This document shows, piece by piece, positions 60,049 to 64,000 of a DNA stretch of 64,000 bases. Made by a program: the position numbers and the translations under genes. Position 1 is the first letter of the stretch; each line of letters starts with the position of its first letter. The stretch is from a bacterium (lineage in GTDB: Bacteria > Cyanobacteriota > Vampirovibrionia > Gastranaerophilales > UBA9971), in the NCBI GenBank assembly GCA_037147175.1, contig JBAWVS010000006.1, positions 657 through 64,656 of the forward strand, given 5' to 3'. Under the pieces are notes generated by a model. The model had not been told where the DNA came from. It saw nothing but the letters and a program-made list of their open reading frames with translations, and did no database searches.

Positions 60049-60735
60049 TTACTGATTTGCTCCGATTGTCTCGTTAATTTCCATAGACATATATGGTTTA
60101 GTTTCCCAAATTCTGCTCAATTTTGAAAGACCAAAGCAAATTATGAAGTAGACAAACGCAATAAAAATAAGTATTTCTGATTCATGATATGTTCTTTCAT
60201 AAATAATTTCGCCTGATCTTGTGAGTTCTATCAAGCCTATTGTTGAAGCAAGAGAAGTGTCTTTAATCAGCGAAATAAGCTGACTTACCAGAGCCGGTGT
60301 CATTCTGGTTACAGCAAGAGGCAATATTATATAAGTTAGGCGCTGCATCCCGTCAAAGCCCAAACTTTTAGCCGCATCTATATGCCCTTTTTCAACGGAA
60401 TTAAGACCGCTTCTTATGATTTCCGCAATATAAGCAGAATTAAATATTATAAGCGCTATACATGATGAATCAAAAAACGAAGATGGAGCACCTGTAAGAT
60501 AAGGCAACGCCCCAAAATGAATAAACACAATAAACAAAATCAAAGGAATACTTCTCACTCCTTCTATATAAACAATAGCGAGCCAGCTTATTAAAAAAAG
60601 TCTTGTATGCCTTAATACCCCTAAAATTACACCAAGAATCAAACTTCCGCTTAATGAAATAAAAGCCAATTTAATAGTAATAAAAAGCCCTTTCATCAAA
60701 AAATCAAAGTTTTCAGGTATATCAATCCAGTGCAT
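60049..60735 (-). CDS. Polar amino-acid ABC transporter permease (His/Glu/Gln/Arg family)
   Basis: EAA-loop region SVEKGHIDAAKSLGF..MQRL..IILP. Confidence 0.9.
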   Translation of the reverse strand: MHWIDIPENFDFLMKGLFITIKLAFISLSGSLILGVILGVLRHTRLFLISWLAIVYIEGVRSIPLILFIVFIHFGALPYLTGAPSSFFDSSCIALIIFNSAYIAEIIRSGLNSVEKGHIDAAKSLGFDGMQRLTYIILPLAVTRMTPALVSQLISLIKDTSLASTIGLIELTRSGEIIYERTYHESEILIFIAFVYFIICFGLSKLSRIWETKPYMSMEINETIGANQ

Positions 60736-61409
60736 TATACTTTTGCCGCCCTTCCTTGTATATTAAACAGGTTTTCAAAAAGATTTGTAAATAATGCAAC
60801 GGTTCCGGTAAGCATCATGTAAATCAATGCACCTGTTATAAAAAATTCAAAGAATCTAAAATCATCAACAGCACCTTTGTAAATACCATAAAACAGGTCT
60901 GTTACAGAAATAAAACTTACCAGAGAAGAATTTTTTATAACATTAATAAATTGGCTTCCAAGAGGAGGGATTATGATTTTTATTGCCTGCGGTAATATAA
61001 TGAGCCGAAATGTCTGAAATTTGCTGAGCCCAAGGCTTATTGATGCTTGATACTGCTCAGAGGCTACTGAATTTATACCTGATCTTAATACTTCTGATAT
61101 AAAAGCCCCCGTATAAAGACTTAGAGCCAATATTCCGCAGGCTATAGGCGAAAGCATTAAACCAAATTCAGGTAAGGCTTTATAAATAAAATACAACTGA
61201 ATTAGCAAAGGAGTGTTTCGTATTATTTCAACATAAGAAACAGCCATAAATTTAAGAGGACGTGTGCCTGTTGTTCTGAAGAACACAATAATTAAACCGA
61301 TTATAAAAGCACAGACAGAACTTATAACAGAAATAAAAACGGTTATTTTTATTCCTTCTACAATAACCGGAAGAGATTTTATTATTACTGAAATATCAAA
61401 ATTGTCCAT
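60735..61409 (-). CDS. Polar amino-acid ABC transporter permease
   Basis: EAA-loop region SVASEQYQASISLGLSKFQTFRLIILPQA. Confidence 0.9.
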   Translation of the reverse strand: MDNFDISVIIKSLPVIVEGIKITVFISVISSVCAFIIGLIIVFFRTTGTRPLKFMAVSYVEIIRNTPLLIQLYFIYKALPEFGLMLSPIACGILALSLYTGAFISEVLRSGINSVASEQYQASISLGLSKFQTFRLIILPQAIKIIIPPLGSQFINVIKNSSLVSFISVTDLFYGIYKGAVDDFRFFEFFITGALIYMMLTGTVALFTNLFENLFNIQGRAAKV

Positions 61410-61433
61410 TATAAAAAGCCCTGCGGAATAACT

Positions 61434-62243
61434 TTATTTGCCTTCTTTTAAAAAATCCACCATCCATTTTCGCTGAATTCTTTTCAACGTACCGTCCTGC
61501 ATAATTTGTTCAAGGGCAAAATTAACAGCATCTTGGAATAACTGGGTGTCTACACCTTTTTTGAAACCTATGCCGTAAGGTTCACGGGTTAATCGATCTT
61601 TTAACATTTTAAAACTGGAATCTTCCGATAAAAATCCGTAAATAATTGCATCGTCTGTAGTAAGAGCATCTCCTCTACCTGATTTTAGTGCAGAGAAAGC
61701 ATCCGTATAAGTTCTGAATCCCAAGATTTTTACATCAGGAACCAACTGTCTTATATTTATTTCACTTGTTGAACCGAGTACAACAATTACACATTTGCCT
61801 GAAAGATCTTTTAAACTTTTAATAGAACTCTTTTTGGAAACCATTATTGCCTGTCCGGCAATATAATAAGGTCTGCTAAAATCTATAATCTGCTCTCTTT
61901 TAGGATTTATTGTCATAGTTGCAGCCACTAAATCAACAGTTCCTGAAGTTAAAGAAAGTATTCTGTTGGAAGAAGTTACCTGTTGAAATTCAACGGCATT
62001 TTCATCTCCGACTACTCTTTTTGCAATTTCTCTGGATAAATCAACATCAAACCCCTTAATATTTTGGTCTTTGTCTACAAAACCAAATGGTTTAGTGTCA
62101 TATTTAACCCCTACTATGATTTTTTCTCTTTCTTGAACTGTTTTCAGTAAATCTTTAGCATTTTTTTTCTTAACACATCCTGTTAATCCAAATAAAAAAA
62201 TGAAACATAAGAGTGTTAAGAGTATTTTTCTGATATTTTTCAA
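61434..62243 (-). CDS. Amino-acid ABC transporter substrate-binding lipoprotein
   Basis: Lipobox LFGLTGC plus type-3 SBP motifs (GFDVDL..EIAKR, TI.P.R....FS.PY). Confidence 0.9.
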   Translation of the reverse strand: MKNIRKILLTLLCFIFLFGLTGCVKKKNAKDLLKTVQEREKIIVGVKYDTKPFGFVDKDQNIKGFDVDLSREIAKRVVGDENAVEFQQVTSSNRILSLTSGTVDLVAATMTINPKREQIIDFSRPYYIAGQAIMVSKKSSIKSLKDLSGKCVIVVLGSTSEINIRQLVPDVKILGFRTYTDAFSALKSGRGDALTTDDAIIYGFLSEDSSFKMLKDRLTREPYGIGFKKGVDTQLFQDAVNFALEQIMQDGTLKRIQRKWMVDFLKEGK

Positions 62244-62267
62244 TTATTTTCTCCTAAAATTTTTTAA

Positions 62268-63017
62268 TTAAACCACTTCTTTCCTAAAAGCACTTTTTAA
62301 AAATTCTCTAGTTATGTTGCTTTGGGGGTTATCAAACATTTTTGTTGACGAACCCTCTTCTATAATTTGCCCTCTGGAGAGAAAAATAATTCTGTTTGCC
62401 ACTTCTCTGGCAAAATTCATTTCATGAGTAACAACAACCATTGTCATTCCTTCATTTGCAAGTTCTTTTATTGTATCCAGAACTTCCCGGGTCATTTGAG
62501 GATCAAGAGCGCTGGTTGGTTCGTCAAAAAGCATTATCTGCGGCTGCATTGCCAGACTTCTTGCTATAGCAACCCTCTGTGCCTGACCACCTGAAAGCTG
62601 ATCAGGATATTTATCAATTTTATCAAGCAGTCCGACTTTTTCCAAAAGATGCAAAGCTTGAATTTTAGAATCATTTTCTTTCATTTTTTTAACTTTTATA
62701 GGCGCCAGAGTAACATTTTCCAGAACTGTCAGATGCGGAAACAAATTAAATTGCTGAAAAACTATACCTATTTCTGATCTAATTTTGTTTAAATCAACTT
62801 CTTTTGAAGTTACATCAAGCCCGTCCACAAGAATTTTCCCTTTATTAACGGGGACAAGACCGTTAATACACTTTAAAAAAGTGCTTTTACCGCAGCCTGA
62901 AGGACCGATTATTGCTAATGTTTCTTCTTTAGCAATATTTATATTGATATTTTTTAATACATTAAGTCCTTTATACGATTTGCTTACGTTTTCAAACGTT
63001 ATCATTTTTAAATGCAC
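62268..63017 (-). CDS. Amino-acid ABC transporter ATP-binding protein (GlnQ-like)
   Basis: Walker A GPSGCGKST, signature LSGGQAQRVAIARSL, Walker B MLFDEPTSALDP. Confidence 0.95.
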   Translation of the reverse strand: MHLKMITFENVSKSYKGLNVLKNININIAKEETLAIIGPSGCGKSTFLKCINGLVPVNKGKILVDGLDVTSKEVDLNKIRSEIGIVFQQFNLFPHLTVLENVTLAPIKVKKMKENDSKIQALHLLEKVGLLDKIDKYPDQLSGGQAQRVAIARSLAMQPQIMLFDEPTSALDPQMTREVLDTIKELANEGMTMVVVTHEMNFAREVANRIIFLSRGQIIEEGSSTKMFDNPQSNITREFLKSAFRKEVV

Positions 63018-63303
63018 TCTTTAACTAAATTTTTACTCAAACACTAAAAATATAAGATTTTAATTTATCTTTATACCTGAAATTTATTTAATAACATTAG
63101 AGTTTTGGAGGTTTACATAACTAAAATAGTTTTATATCCTATCATAATACATGTTTTATTTTAAAGGAATAAAATGTTTTATGTATTTTTTCTTGATTAT
63201 AATAAACAAAGCGTTGTAAGTAGAAATGAATAAAATAAAACTTATAATTCAGCATATATCAAATCTTTTAACTGTAAGCTCAACAAAAGACAGGGGTGAG
63301 AAC

Positions 63304-63741
63304 ATGGAAATAAATACTATAAGGGTTAAAAGACCTATAAAAATAAAAACCATAGTTACTGACAAGTTTAAACAACAGGTTCAGGAAGAAATAAACAAGG
63401 AAATCAATCTCCTTGACTCTCAAATTATGCAATTAGAAATGCAAAGCAAACAAATACACGATCAAGCTTCAGAATTTTCGAGTTTGTATGGAGATCACAG
63501 CGTTGAGCAAATTCAACAGGCGTTGGAAGACATCTCAAGAAGACTTCAGCAGATAAGTGAACTCAAAAACGAGATGGTTTCTCAAAAAGAAAGCATTTCT
63601 CATCTTGCACTTAACAATGTTATAATCACAGGAAGTCTTGAAAATTACGTCGAATTAAGAACCGGAGAAAATATTTATGAGAAATTTCGTGAAGCCGAAA
63701 TTCTTGTAAAAGACGGTGTTATACAGGAAATTAAAGAATAA
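63304..63741 (+). CDS. ylqD: YlqD-family protein (coiled-coil, conserved upstream of rimM)
   Basis: MEINTIRVKRPIKIKTIVTD... with a coiled-coil middle. Position directly upstream of rimM. GGGGTGAG RBS before the ATG at 63304 (track start is 63226). Confidence 0.6.
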   Translation: MEINTIRVKRPIKIKTIVTDKFKQQVQEEINKEINLLDSQIMQLEMQSKQIHDQASEFSSLYGDHSVEQIQQALEDISRRLQQISELKNEMVSQKESISHLALNNVIITGSLENYVELRTGENIYEKFREAEILVKDGVIQEIKE

Positions 63742-63764
63742 TTTTTTATAAAACGGAGTAGCAA

Positions 63765-64000
63765 TTGGAAAAGCTTTTATCGATAGGAAAAATCCTTAAT
63801 TTTCACGGGATACAAGGTGAAGTAAAAGTCGGCTTTACAGAAGGCGCCGAAGATCTTTTTACAAAAATTGACGAAATATATGCAATTAAGGATTCAAAAA
63901 AAATTACTTTGACCCCTGATAGGGTTCGTTTTCATAAAAACTTTGCTATTATAAAATTCAAAGAAATTAATTCTGTAGATGAAGTAATAGAACTTAAAGG
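63765..64000 (+). CDS. rimM: 16S rRNA processing protein RimM (partial; C-terminus beyond the window end)
   Basis: My own translation from the TTG at 63765 (GGAG RBS at 63755-63758) gives LEKLLSIGKILNFHGIQGEVKVGFTEG...FHKNFAIIKFKEINSVDEVIELK, a typical RimM N-terminal domain. Confidence 0.85.
   Translation, partial: MEKLLSIGKILNFHGIQGEVKVGFTEGAEDLFTKIDEIYAIKDSKKITLTPDRVRFHKNFAIIKFKEINSVDEVIELK

Noticed and set aside
1-64000. CRISPR arrays, rRNA operons, IS elements, transposases, prophage genes and toxin-antitoxin pairs.
   Set aside because: I scanned both strands and the ORF track and found none: no regularly spaced direct repeats, no DDE/serine/tyrosine recombinase motifs, and no small overlapping two-gene cassettes with TA-like features.

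Overview
This is an AT-rich window (roughly one-third G+C by eye), densely coding and almost entirely chromosomal housekeeping. All product calls come from motif recognition in the supplied translations, plus my own reading of the DNA; no searches were run.

Content:
- About 63 CDS, two of them truncated at the window edges (lysS at the 5' end, rimM at the 3' end).
- Translation and ribosome: lysS, tyrS, prfA-prmC, rpmE, rpsP, rplS, ylqF, rimM.
- DNA repair: ruvA and ruvB.
- Cofactor and nucleotide metabolism: nadE, coaBC, gmk, thyX, purU, queE.
- Carbon metabolism: pyk, a GH57 glucan enzyme, a galT-like gene and manC.
- Transport: a DevBCA/MacAB-order efflux operon, an MlaEFD-type lipid-transport operon (implying a diderm envelope), a polar amino-acid ABC importer, a SulP permease and an APC permease.
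- Two tRNA genes, Ser-CGA and Met/Ile2-CAT.
- No rRNA, CRISPR array, transposase, integrase, prophage gene or recognisable defence effector.
- The gene set is compatible with, but does not prove, a non-photosynthetic cyanobacterial relative (Melainabacteria-like).

I do not see a convincing novel multi-gene system. These are the observations most worth a second look:
1. A dispersed palindromic intergenic repeat family with GTCATTCTGAG-type termini, at four loci.
2. A separate 35-nt motif in three intergenic copies. Two copies are 32/35 identical, and two flank the mla operon.
3. A tandem pair of paralogous HTH-WYL-WCX regulators in a PafBC-like arrangement, with no obvious target.
4. A convergent pair of orphan Ser/Gly/Gln/Lys-rich low-complexity proteins with similar MS(I/L)N N-termini.
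5. A small protein built from an internal RWYD-motif duplication.
6. An M16 peptidase coupled to a membrane-anchored HExxH protein.
7. An orphan trpB translationally coupled to tyrS.
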